This document shows, piece after piece, positions 30,159 to 41,178 of a stretch of 64,000 bases of DNA (within the stretch, counting starts at the first letter, position 1; the number at the start of each line of letters is the position of its first letter). The stretch comes from Schizochytrium sp. TIO01 (taxonomy: Eukaryota > Protista > Bigyra: Labyrinthulomycetes): positions 4,806,483-4,870,482 of the forward strand of contig SMSO01000032.1 of the NCBI GenBank assembly GCA_004764695.1, read 5' to 3'. The notes beneath the pieces were generated by a model. The model had not been told where the DNA came from. It worked only from the letters and a program-made list of their open reading frames with translations, and ran no database searches. The position numbers were made by a program, and so were the translations under genes.

Positions 30159-30719
30159 TTACTTTGCGGAAAGCTCTTGTTCCAGCACCGTCAGTGTGTC
30201 ATGGAGTTTTTTACGTTGAGTCTCTTTCGCTTGGGACTGTGTCTCAAGATCAGCAAGCTTTTCCTGAAGAGCGGACGTTTCCATCTCCTTAGAACGGACT
30301 AGAAAGCTTAGCCCCAAAGCTCCCGAACGTTCTAGCTCCTGCTCAAGTTTGCGAATATCCCGCATTGCTTGGTGGCCAAGCTGTGCAGCATTTTTTGATG
30401 ATTCCTGGCTGTAAAGGCATTTGAGATTGTGTAATTCACGCAAGATTGAGCCGTGGTCGCGGACAATACAATCAAATAAGGTTAGTTCCCTCCTTCATAC
30501 TAAGTCTATCCCTAGGAGGCCTGCACTTGCGTGCGAGCCGCCTTTGTTGGCGAATGAGCCAGCACTTGGACCCCGCGTCGGGCAAAGCCGCCCTACTTAC
30601 AGCGCCTTAAAAAAAGCCTCACCACTTGCTTCTGCGCGCCTCAGTGCTGTATCGAGTGCTTGCCCCTCCGGAAAATTGGGCTTCACGACGTCAACGCCAC
30701 TCGGAGCACTCATGTTCAT
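30159..30719 (-). CDS. Small two-exon helical/coiled-coil protein (122 aa); exons 30719-30601 and 30408-30159
   Basis: Exon 1 MNMSAPSG...EAFFKA|L, donor GTAAGT at 30600, branch CTAAC at 30485-30481, acceptor TTTACAG ending 30409. The phase-2 join restores the frame of ORF 30159..30443. Weak resemblance to small Mediator subunits (Med28-like) is not established. Confidence 0.75.
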
Positions 30720-32449
30720 CGAAGTTTTTGGTCTTTGCGTAGACTCTCACTTCGACCAAATTTATATTAGGCCTGTTTTCCATTAGAATACACCTCTTTT
30801 ACCCTTCCCATTTTTATTTTTACATTCTTTTTAGCCTCATGTTAGTAATTTAATTTCTAAAACGTTTTTGTTTATTTTTTGTAAGTAGTTACACAGTAGT
30901 AGATATTTACATCTGACGCCGTCATGGTAGCTTTGCAAGAGGCTTCGTTTATACTCATGAACTCATTTTGATTTATACTGCAATATTTCGAATCATATTC
31001 ATTGAGTTTGAACACTCGTGACTTTTTTCTTTTCTATTTCTAAACACGCAACTCTTGGGATGCGCACTATTTAACTGATAAGGGTAATTTTTCCAGCATA
31101 CGGTTCCTAGCCTGCAAAGAAACTATCTCAAGCTAATCCTCACAAGGGCAACTGCGCTGTTTCGCATTGCTTTTGCTAGTAGTAGAACCCTACCCCATGG
31201 ACATATATGGTCTTCCGGGAGCATAGCACGAGAATACGTTTATCGTACGCTTACAGTTGAGCACGTTTATCCCTTTTACACTAAGTTGCTCACTGTGCAT
31301 GTCAAATCCATAGTAAAAGAGATAAGCAAATACCGTTTACCCATGTAGCTTAGGAACGAGCTCACCTTGACAGCTCAAGCTATTGTATTATTAGGTATAC
31401 TGACAATTGTTGCTTTTGAAAGATCTTGTTTCAGTATTGCTATAAATGATACATGTGACACTCTGAAAAAGCTACTCTTTGCTGAACTTGGAGGTGCTTT
31501 GTTTGTTCTCTTATAGTGTTTGTTTATACTTTCAGGGGGCATCTTAGACTGCGAAGTAGAGGTATCCGTGCTGAGATCTCCAATCGAAGGAGCTAGTGGA
31601 CAAGACATTGCCAGAGTTCTTGGTGTCCCTTTGTAAAACCCATTGGAAATAAGGTTTACATTAGAACAAGAATAAGCAGCCAGACTTATGTGGCTGCTGA
31701 AGCCAAGAACTAGAAGTGTGAATACACACCATCGACACCCAAGCTTGGTTTAGCTTGGATCGATGGTTGGAGAAGGTTGGATAACCTAACCCCATCGATT
31801 ATCTCTAACCACATTCAAGAATGTCTTAATCTCCCTAAATTACTACATGAATCCATCTGTCCTGGAATTCATTCCCCAGGACAGCAGTTCGCTAACACTT
31901 AAATCAACCTTCTTATAACCTTCATCAAGCTTCTTGCCTTCATCTTTACAGTCAACCTCACGCTAATCAGTTTCACCTTTCAGCAATCCGTATCATGGTT
32001 CTTGGTTGGTAAACGGTACGTTGGTTCTTCCAGGCCCTCAATGCCGTTGATGTTCAGTTCTGAATCCAAAAATTGATTGATAAAATGTCCATCAAAGAAG
32101 ATAAAAATTACTTCATCTGAAAACACATATTGCATCATGATTTGTCCTTTCAGATGGGATAATAAATAAACGATGAAAAGGAAACATTCCACAGGAGCCG
32201 TGAAATATAAGAGATAGTTAAATTAAATTCTACCTTCCCGAGCCCCAAGTGAAATGGATACTAAAAGGACAAAAACAGGAACCCTGCTTAAGTCAAGAAT
32301 AGTTGAAAGTTAAATTAATGTTTGTCAACCTACTTTTGAATAATAAGAATATATTTTTAATGATAACGTACAGTATTTTGTAAACAAGGTTGTTTGTCAC
32401 TCAGATAAGATTGCTAGTCACAATAAGTTGAAATATACAGGGATCTCAA

Positions 32450-33363
32450 TCGCCTCGAATGCAATCTGGGGCATTTGTATGTAGAGAAAGATATGTTCAA
32501 TAGCTCTTCTTCTGTTGCTTAAATTCGGGTCGTGTGAACAGGGCTTTGTAAAGAACTGTTTGAAACATTATTACTTTGGATTCGGAATGACCATGAATTG
32601 AAAAAACTTTGTTTTTAACAATCCCCATATCAGACAAATCCTATCTGATAACCGATTTTGAAAAGCTTCTGATAGCGGGAAATGAAAGGTAGTTTGTAAC
32701 CAATCTGATAAAGTAGAGATGACGGAAATGCTCGTCGTAGGATGTGCAATATAAGCTTGAAACAATTCTTTTCCGAATGTGGTATCGATATTTGAAACCA
32801 TGCGGAGGCATAATATGCTGTACTAAAAACTTCCTGAGTAGGGTGTGGAATACGCAGTTTCATCTCGAAAACGTTCGTCTAGAGCTTCATCTCGTGATGA
32901 CCGACAGATTTCTGTCATATAAATATGAGGAGATCTCTTTATTGGTTGATTTGATTTTGGAGGGACCATCAAAATTCCCCGGTCCTCTTCCTAATTGCTC
33001 GTAGGAACCATCTCAATACCCATCTGTCTATCAAATGAACCATCGCAATACTATTTTGTATTACTCCGAAGAGATGGTACTTCGGGACACCACGGCATGA
33101 CACTGATCATGGGAGTTCCGCAACATTTGACCTACCTACCGCCTGCATTATTCTTATTATTACAAGGCATTATCTTTATTTTTATAAAATTTAGAAATAT
33201 TTTTTCTCATTATTTGTGCAATTTTGGTGACCCATTGAATGCTCAATTTGTCCCAGGCCCTCTGATCAAGTAAGTCCTTACAAACAATCCAAACTATATC
33301 ACGACGACCATAGTAATGTCTAGGTTCCAATGCACGGAGGTAAGTAAACATGGAAGGCCCCAT
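32450..33363 (-). pseudogene. Decayed coding sequence of unknown origin
   Basis: One minus frame runs about 183 codons (33119-32571) with only three stops, all TAG, in AT-rich DNA. Adjacent short minus-strand ORF fragments are present. No family recognised. Confidence 0.4.
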
Positions 33364-33932
33364 TCAAGTGTCGAAGTAGAATAAATAAAAATATCCAAAT
33401 TGAGAATAGCCTCACTTCCTTATTCTTTAGATAATGCTAACTTGGTATTAGTACCTAGTACATTATACCTTCTCCATTCTCGTAATTAACTATACATAGT
33501 ACTACCATGTTACTCATCATGAGCTGAGTTGATAAACATCTAGTAAATGTTAGCGGTCGGAACATTTATTGTATGTTCCAAGTACTCATGTCAATATCCT
33601 GTGTCCTGACTTGGAAAAGGCTAAATTTACCTACTTCATTTTCTCTCGGAGGTGGTCCACATTGGAACATACATGGTGCGCCATTGAGCTCTTCAAAGTG
33701 CAACGGGACAAAAATTGCTAATGATGACAAGCTAGATCAACCTGTTAACCTCTCATAGGACGGAGAAGGAAGGAGGGATCTATTTTCTCATTGCTGAAGG
33801 TTAAACAGCAAGACGTATGCTGAATGATCTAAACATCTATTTTTGCGCTGACCTAGATGACCGCCGCGACTTTAGAACCGAAATTAAGATTTCAGATAAA
33901 GTTTGACTAGTCAAGGAATTAAGTCATCCACT

Positions 33933-36900
33933 ATGCACTTTCGTGTGGAGAGATGTTATGTTTTGTTTGTAACCTATATGGCATTTGTGTCGATATTTCA
34001 ATGCAGTGGCCTCGTCGTTCAAGAGGTTGCTGACCAGCGTACCATGTTCACAAACTTTCCTGGCTGTATGATGTTTGGCCAGGTCCGTCCACAGAATAGT
34101 AAAATTGGGGAAGTAGAAGCTTCGAGCGCTGCAGAATGTTATCAACAATGCCTCAATCGATGGCAGAATTCGCGTTATCGTGGCGTATTTCTCGAACTCC
34201 GCCAGAACGATATTAAAATTTCACCAAAGCAAACCGAGGGTTATATAGGAGCATCTATTCTGTCTGGGTCGTATCGAAGTTATGGAATGAGCAGTTATGG
34301 CACTCACCAAGATCAGTATGACTGGGTGAAGGCGAGTGGTACTTCATGGGACGATCACTTCTATCATGATGCTATGGAGTCTGCAACGATTCACCCGTGC
34401 TACAAATTTGAGGCGTGGACATGGGGTCCTGCGTCAAGAGCAGACTTAATTGGTGCCGCAGACTTTTCTGATCATGTCCAAGAAGTCTCGAACTTGAATC
34501 CAAACGGTGATGAAACTGGCGCAGATATCGCAGACTTGTGGGCGGCCGAGAGTCCGCTTATGTGCAGTGTCATTGGCTTGACAGACTATAAAGATACCCT
34601 GGAACAAGAAGCTTGCTTATCTTGGTACTGGAATACTGACAAGAACTCATGCAAGTTATACGTAGATGAAATCGATCCTGTGAACGACAACTTTGCAACA
34701 AACTTTAAGGACGGTACTAAAGTTAGTGGCAATTTGTACTGTGAAAATGATTTTACACTGGAATCAATTCCGGTCCACTATGCTGAAATGCTGGAACGAC
34801 CAGGGTGTATTTTTGAAGACTACACAAGCCCTCATTTTACACTAGAGTCCACCAATGTTGATAACTTTCATGACTGTCGACGAACCTGCCAAACTCACGT
34901 TTCCTGCGCCACTTTTGAGTTTAGAGCCTCGGTTGAGACAGGAGAATATAATTGTCTACTTAAAGAGGCTGGCTCTTGGCAAAATCTTGGTGAAAGATTA
35001 GAGGCGAGCCTCGGCGCAAGAGATTGTCCAACATGTCTTCCAGGTTACTACATCGAAGACACTACCTCCACGATAGACAGCTGTCAAATTTGCCCTCGTG
35101 GCAGCTTCTGCAGTGACGGTGAGCGCACAACGTGCGCAGCTGGGAGCTTTTGTGGGAATCTTGGCCAGTCAACACCACTTGTATATAACACTACAAATCA
35201 CTGTAGCAATAACTACAGTGGTCTTGCATGCCAGCATCCAGTGTGTGAGAATTCTGGTTTGGGGAAAACCCTGCGTACTATACCATACCAAGAACCCTAT
35301 GACTTTGACTTCGCTAACTATGAGCCTGAGAGTCTCAATGTTGAACAGACTCTGCTAGCTTCCAAACTCGCCTTTCAAATGAAAGTAACAACTTCGATCC
35401 TTCCCGTGATTGCACAGAGCTATACTTTACGAGTGAAAACATCTTCTGGAAGCCTTGTTGGAGAAACAACAATCATTGCTACATCATTTGATTGCGTGAA
35501 TAATTCAACTACCCTTGCAGCAACCATCCAAGACAGCGCAAACAAGCTCAGTGTCGGTGCAAGTTATTATGCTTGCGTAGAGATCTCATGGAAAAATCCT
35601 TTCAAGCCTCTTCAATGGGATGAACTTGATAATTTATCAACAATAGCGATGTCAAGCGAAGAGCATTGTATCTCAGGTATTGTTTCCTTTGTAGCAGGAA
35701 CCTTAATTACCACCAATAATATTGATGGTGATGCTCCCTCAGGAAACGTAAATATACAAATTCTTATTGGCAGTGGCAGCATCGCTCAAACATTGGTAAC
35801 CAGCAGCACCAACGGGACACTGAAAGCAAATATTTTTGACAGCTCAAGCACTTCCACGTCTTCATCAATCATTATTTCGAGTGCTTCCGTGAGTGACAAA
35901 TCCACGAAGTTTAAGCTATGCCCTCCGGACCTTGAAACAAGCGCATGTACAAAAAAGAATGCTCTTAATCTCCCCCAAATGATATCATTGACCAACCTCT
36001 TAACATCGCAAATTCGCCTTGTTGATTTATATAGTCGTGAAATCCGTGGCTCAGTGGCCTTTTTAGTTGGTGAGGATGAGTGTGGCATTCAAGATGTACA
36101 AGTGCAAGCATTGAACGCTGGCAACAATGATGCCGAAATCTCTTCAGTTGTGACGGACGCTAATGGAGGCTTCGTGTTAGGTGTGCCGCAGGACTCAGTC
36201 GTAAAGCTGAAGCTTAGTTATCACGATCATACGTTTGTTCTCGTTTCAGATAGTGTTGATTCACAAAAGAAGCAAAGCCTTGTGAGCGAAGGCTTACGGG
36301 TCTCAAGCGACCTATCTAATGTGAATTTCAAAGATACAAAACTGCGAACACTGAATCTACACACATTAGCAACTTTGTGTGATTTCAATGTAGGCTCAGT
36401 CACAACACAACTTAGATTGACAGCTTGTCCATCTATCAAACTTGAGAAAACTTTCGAAGATCAAACTGTCTCGTGGAGGAGCCTTCCTGCGACAAACTTC
36501 ATGTTTGACCTGATATTCGAGGATGATGAGGATATTCAAGCTAGCTACGCTGCTCGATTTCCATCTTCAGTAAGAAGAATTGATCTTACTGAAGCGACGG
36601 ACACCATTGAGGTTGTATACCACCCTGTTCCAAGCTTGGACATTTCTGTTGTTCAAGGAGGTATCTCGTTTGATACTTGTGAAACACAGTCATTACCTTT
36701 CGAATATCTTGTCGAAGGTGGACAGACCATCACCATTAAAGTGGAGACACTGCAAAGCTACAGAGACCACACATCGAATTCCGTTCGGTATTGTCGAGAA
36801 ATTCCTGGAGAAACGTTCGTTGAAGTATCCAGCAATCTTGCGCCGGAGACAGATACAAAATGTGATGGACAGCAACCGTGTACGATATCCTTCAAAGGAT

Positions 36901-39794
36901 TTGATGATAACATTATAGTAGAAACTTCCTCAAACCTCGCCACCGCGGCCTATGTGCGTCTCGTTGTTGGCGAACCCGAATTGCCAGATTCAAATGCAAG
37001 TGTCATTAAAAACCTTCCCGATTTTGTCCGGACAGTTAATTTTCGCTTGATCAATGATGTCCAATGGCCTGCGTCATTAGCTCTGGACGGTCTTGATACA
37101 GAGATGCGTACGCTTGTCATGGGAACACGAACAACGTCAGAAAGTGCAATTCTTACAAGTCCTGATGCTGTACCGCTTTTTTACTTGTATGCACCACCAA
37201 TCACAGCGACAGAGAAACCATCTTATGCCAGAGCAAAATTTTCTAGTGCTATTTCAACTAATACAAATGTCCATGCTCTTATTGAGGCAGATGGTGGAAT
37301 TGTTTGGAACACACAAGCTAAAACTGGAATTCGTTCTGTTCTAGGCAGAGTTTCCTTTGATAACGGGACCTTCGAAATCAATACAACGGCAACGTCGTTA
37401 AACGACAGGGTACAGACAGTCATGAGTTCGAGATCATTTGAGCTGCAGACTACTCCGGAGACTGGAGATATGGCACTTTTCTTGGAATCCTCCACAAAAT
37501 TCACAGAAGCAGTGCACCTTGAGTATGATGATTCTACCTGTGCAGTTCTAGTACACCCATCAGTCACATGGGGACAAACTTCATCAAATTTGGTTTTTGC
37601 TTCTCGTGCAAGTTGCGAAGCGAGTCTTGATGAATCAAAGGAGACTTTGGTTCTTTATGCAGGTAACTCTCAGGCGCAGCAATTATTGAGACATGCATTC
37701 AAAAGTAAGGAACGATGGCAGAACTTACTCGCTCACTGGGACAAAGACTACCAAGGTGCTCGTAATTTCCCGATTGATTTACGTGGGCAGGTTACCGGAG
37801 ACTATGTCTATGGTGAAAACCGTTTGCAAATGGGTGTCGGTAAAGTCAGCTTTGAAGAGAGTTCAGTGCCCCGCGGAAATCAACTTTTGGACTATTTGTC
37901 AGCTTCAAGCTCTCAAGGTTACGGCCATACTTATGACTTTGCCGTTGCTGAGGATGGACTTGGTCGATCGATTTTGAGCCTTCAAGCTGACTCAAACTCC
38001 GGACTCGGTGCCTCATGGTCAGTTGTTCGCGAAGCTATACATGAGTTCATGTCGGATGATAGTGAACCTGCCATGATTGATGTAGCAAGTCATATTGTTC
38101 TGGAAGAGGATCGGGGCGAGATATGCATTGATTTCTTCCGGTCCCCACATTCAGGTTCTCATGTTTACTATATTTGTGGCGGTTTGACAAGATGCCCTTT
38201 TGTTCCTGGGACGACCCAGCGAGAAGTTTTTTCACTATTGTACAGCAATGAGACAAATGGGACCCTTTCTTCTTTGACAGAGAGTACCGGTTCATTTTCA
38301 TTTTATATCGATACCTCTTTACTTCCAATCAGTGATGACACGCTTGATTTGATTATAACACCTAACACAGATGCCAGTGAGGAAAGCTCTGTATTACTTT
38401 CTATTGATAAGACCCCCATTGAAGAGGGTGTGAGCGTTGTAATGCAAGGGCTGAATAAACGACTCATTCATGTTGACTATGAGCGAGTTGACACAGAAGT
38501 ACGTTCAGCTACTGTTAGCATTCGAGTCAGCTCTGCGTGTGATCCATCAGTGACTGAGGTTATTTCCTTTTCGTTACACTGGACTTCAACATGCCCTTTT
38601 ATCGAATGGGACGGAAACCTTTTGGATACGACCTCCACTTGGCTTTTGTCTTCTAATTCCCCTCAATTCCCACTACACTATCGTCGCGGCCCTGCTATTT
38701 TAGAAGGTGTCGAATCGGAGATCTCCCTGTGGGCTCTTCGCTATGAGAATGGGTTATCGTACGGTGATTGGATAGAACTAGTCAGTTTCCAGAGCAACGC
38801 AACTTCACTTGTGTCTTATTTAGATATAATAGAGGTTGATTTAGTAAATGGTGGTCGGTATATTTTTGAACTTCGCGTTTCATGCACTAAAAATAACCAA
38901 ACGGCTGGCTCAGAGCGTTCAGGTCGTCGTCTTGGCATGTATGATACACATGGCCCAGAACTCGTGACATGGACGCCGATTAACACAATTAGATCAAATA
39001 CCGATGTACTGCCAGTGGCACTTTTCAGTTTTGATGAACCGATTGATTGCTCTGCGCCATCACTGAGAGCAACTGTAACGCAAACAGAAACTTTAGAAGA
39101 AGTTGAAGGAGTCATTTCCTGTACTTCAAATCTCAATGAGTTAACAGTATCAATTATCATCGAAGAAGGCAAGACAGCTCTGTGGAATCAAACAGAAGTA
39201 TCCTTGAGTCTGACTGGCGTTCAAGATATTTTTGGCAATCTAGCATTTGAGGTTTCAGTTTCAGAACGACACTTAGGCGCAACAGAAGAGGCAGGGTTAG
39301 GGGTTTATCTTTCAACACCTAGCCTTCAGGCAAGGGCTGGTGAAGCCAATCGAACTTTTTGGGATATGCCTAATGCAGAAGAGTACGTAGCAATGGTGGA
39401 TGCAATGTATGCTTGGTTTTTGCCTCGCGACCAAATTCTCACATCAACTTATCGCGCGGTAGATAGAGATTTTGCTGACGAAGGTGGCTCTAACAACTCA
39501 ACCAATGGAAATCTGACAAATCCGGGAGATGATGCTGATAATAACACTGAAGAAGGAGCTGTTGCTCCAGATGACGAAATTAGTTCTCTTTTGACAAACT
39601 ACGCAGTGCCAGGTATTGCCATTTTCTTAGGCTGCCTCGTAGTCCTTTTTATCGGAGTGCGGGTTTACCGTCGCAAGCGTGTTCGCCCCCAATCTACATC
39701 TTTTCATCTTGCCCCAAAACGAGAGCGTCCTATTTCATATGTCGCTGAGAGAGATGATGATCAGATCTTGCCCAAAGCAATCACCGTCGTTTAG
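33933..39794 (+). CDS. Giant type I membrane/cell-surface protein with PAN/apple-like, Cys-rich/EGF-like and beta-sandwich regions
   Basis: About 1953 aa. Signal peptide after ATG 33933, PAN-like DCRRTCQTHVSCATFEF...CLLK, CPTCLPGYY...CQICPRGSFC, EGF-like CSNNYSGLAC, and a single TM GIAIFLGCLVVLFIGV followed by RRKR. Confidence 0.88.
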   Translation: MHFRVERCYVLFVTYMAFVSIFQCSGLVVQEVADQRTMFTNFPGCMMFGQVRPQNSKIGEVEASSAAECYQQCLNRWQNSRYRGVFLELRQNDIKISPKQTEGYIGASILSGSYRSYGMSSYGTHQDQYDWVKASGTSWDDHFYHDAMESATIHPCYKFEAWTWGPASRADLIGAADFSDHVQEVSNLNPNGDETGADIADLWAAESPLMCSVIGLTDYKDTLEQEACLSWYWNTDKNSCKLYVDEIDPVNDNFATNFKDGTKVSGNLYCENDFTLESIPVHYAEMLERPGCIFEDYTSPHFTLESTNVDNFHDCRRTCQTHVSCATFEFRASVETGEYNCLLKEAGSWQNLGERLEASLGARDCPTCLPGYYIEDTTSTIDSCQICPRGSFCSDGERTTCAAGSFCGNLGQSTPLVYNTTNHCSNNYSGLACQHPVCENSGLGKTLRTIPYQEPYDFDFANYEPESLNVEQTLLASKLAFQMKVTTSILPVIAQSYTLRVKTSSGSLVGETTIIATSFDCVNNSTTLAATIQDSANKLSVGASYYACVEISWKNPFKPLQWDELDNLSTIAMSSEEHCISGIVSFVAGTLITTNNIDGDAPSGNVNIQILIGSGSIAQTLVTSSTNGTLKANIFDSSSTSTSSSIIISSASVSDKSTKFKLCPPDLETSACTKKNALNLPQMISLTNLLTSQIRLVDLYSREIRGSVAFLVGEDECGIQDVQVQALNAGNNDAEISSVVTDANGGFVLGVPQDSVVKLKLSYHDHTFVLVSDSVDSQKKQSLVSEGLRVSSDLSNVNFKDTKLRTLNLHTLATLCDFNVGSVTTQLRLTACPSIKLEKTFEDQTVSWRSLPATNFMFDLIFEDDEDIQASYAARFPSSVRRIDLTEATDTIEVVYHPVPSLDISVVQGGISFDTCETQSLPFEYLVEGGQTITIKVETLQSYRDHTSNSVRYCREIPGETFVEVSSNLAPETDTKCDGQQPCTISFKGFDDNIIVETSSNLATAAYVRLVVGEPELPDSNASVIKNLPDFVRTVNFRLINDVQWPASLALDGLDTEMRTLVMGTRTTSESAILTSPDAVPLFYLYAPPITATEKPSYARAKFSSAISTNTNVHALIEADGGIVWNTQAKTGIRSVLGRVSFDNGTFEINTTATSLNDRVQTVMSSRSFELQTTPETGDMALFLESSTKFTEAVHLEYDDSTCAVLVHPSVTWGQTSSNLVFASRASCEASLDESKETLVLYAGNSQAQQLLRHAFKSKERWQNLLAHWDKDYQGARNFPIDLRGQVTGDYVYGENRLQMGVGKVSFEESSVPRGNQLLDYLSASSSQGYGHTYDFAVAEDGLGRSILSLQADSNSGLGASWSVVREAIHEFMSDDSEPAMIDVASHIVLEEDRGEICIDFFRSPHSGSHVYYICGGLTRCPFVPGTTQREVFSLLYSNETNGTLSSLTESTGSFSFYIDTSLLPISDDTLDLIITPNTDASEESSVLLSIDKTPIEEGVSVVMQGLNKRLIHVDYERVDTEVRSATVSIRVSSACDPSVTEVISFSLHWTSTCPFIEWDGNLLDTTSTWLLSSNSPQFPLHYRRGPAILEGVESEISLWALRYENGLSYGDWIELVSFQSNATSLVSYLDIIEVDLVNGGRYIFELRVSCTKNNQTAGSERSGRRLGMYDTHGPELVTWTPINTIRSNTDVLPVALFSFDEPIDCSAPSLRATVTQTETLEEVEGVISCTSNLNELTVSIIIEEGKTALWNQTEVSLSLTGVQDIFGNLAFEVSVSERHLGATEEAGLGVYLSTPSLQARAGEANRTFWDMPNAEEYVAMVDAMYAWFLPRDQILTSTYRAVDRDFADEGGSNNSTNGNLTNPGDDADNNTEEGAVAPDDEISSLLTNYAVPGIAIFLGCLVVLFIGVRVYRRKRVRPQSTSFHLAPKRERPISYVAERDDDQILPKAITVV

Positions 39795-40352
39795 ATCGCT
39801 TTAACAAGCTCTGCATTTTATTTGTGTGCCGAGGGAATTAGATAATAAATGAAAAACACTATATCGTCAGCATCGAGAAAGAGTAGTTTGCTTAAGATAT
39901 GGTGCATGGGAACTCGATCCTTTGCTCATACGAAGTTACAAAATTGCGAATCATATGAGAGAACAACATCATAGGGGTATTCCACAACTTTATTTCCAAG
40001 CAAAAATACTTCTAACGAAATTTATATATCAACAAAAATGAAATATATGTTTAAAACTTCTATAATACCCCCTTTTAAATTCAGTTGTGCGTTTTGGTTT
40101 GAGAACATTAAGGTCCTAGATTATGTGCATTCGCTCGTTCATCGAATTCAGATCCCCCTGACCGAGGAGCACTTTGAATAAGATTAGGTGATTCAATAGG
40201 CATAATCGGAGAAACAAAATCAAACAGGGCGTAGGCCTGAGACATCTATCTTGAAGCAGTGCAACAAAAATCCCATTCCTCGGAGGATTTGGTTATAGCA
40301 AGCTGCAGAAGTGTATTCTTTGTATCGAACCCACGTTGGACTAAGAGCAAGA

Positions 40353-40943
40353 ATGGGGAAAAAGATGACAGCCACCGGGCAGACCATGAAAGCTTCGCAT
40401 TGGTCATTTGGCAGTGATGACAAATGCGATCCGTGGTCGACCTCGACGGATAGTTTTTACAGAGGTCAACAAAATACCAGCCGTGCTAGGCCGGTTCCTC
40501 AGCATGATAGCTATATTCCTCCTACTGGAAAACTGTCTTACCAGAGTGAGTCCATGCAAGAGCTAAGCTATCATCATTCGACGCTAGCGTCAGACTACGA
40601 GCACCGCCAAGCGGCATACGATCGTATTTCAGCGTCAAAAACAAACTACGACTTAGCCGCTGGTGATACAATTTCAGCAAGAAGTAGATTTCAGACGTCG
40701 ACAAGTTTCGGCCTTCAACAACCAGGAGCACATTATTTCGGGGAATCCCGTGGTAACGCAAATGTACAACTTAATCAGATGCGCAAAGATTTAGGCTATA
40801 ACTTCCAAGGCGTTGCGTTTACTGGGCGTACTGTACCTAAACGCCATGTGGGAGATAAGAAGTGTTTTGATCGACCGCCACCAGTTGACCCACCTGGTCA
40901 AAAATTTAATATTGTTACTGGAAAGTATGATGCAATAGCATAA
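40353..40943 (+). CDS. Hypothetical protein, possible flagellar microtubule inner protein
   Basis: 196 aa from ATG 40353. Repeated ASHWSFGSD..WSTST / KTNYDLAAGD..FQTST motifs and C-terminal FNIVTG, reminiscent of SAXO/TEX45-like MIPs (inference). Confidence 0.55.
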   Translation: MGKKMTATGQTMKASHWSFGSDDKCDPWSTSTDSFYRGQQNTSRARPVPQHDSYIPPTGKLSYQSESMQELSYHHSTLASDYEHRQAAYDRISASKTNYDLAAGDTISARSRFQTSTSFGLQQPGAHYFGESRGNANVQLNQMRKDLGYNFQGVAFTGRTVPKRHVGDKKCFDRPPPVDPPGQKFNIVTGKYDAIA

Positions 40944-41178
40944 CTTGATAAGCATTGTAAGTATATTTAGTGTCCATCTATGCTGTCGATGCGAATACAC
41001 ATAACTCATCCTCTTTAATTAAAAACGTTGAAGATGAGATTCTTAGCAGCTTAAATTTCTCTCCATGGTAACACCATTAGGGTGGGAAGCGACACAGACA
41101 AGAATTTCATATACTTATCGAAAACAGGTCTATTTCCAAAGAGGCCGAGGGTGTACATGTTGTATATGCAGACGTATC

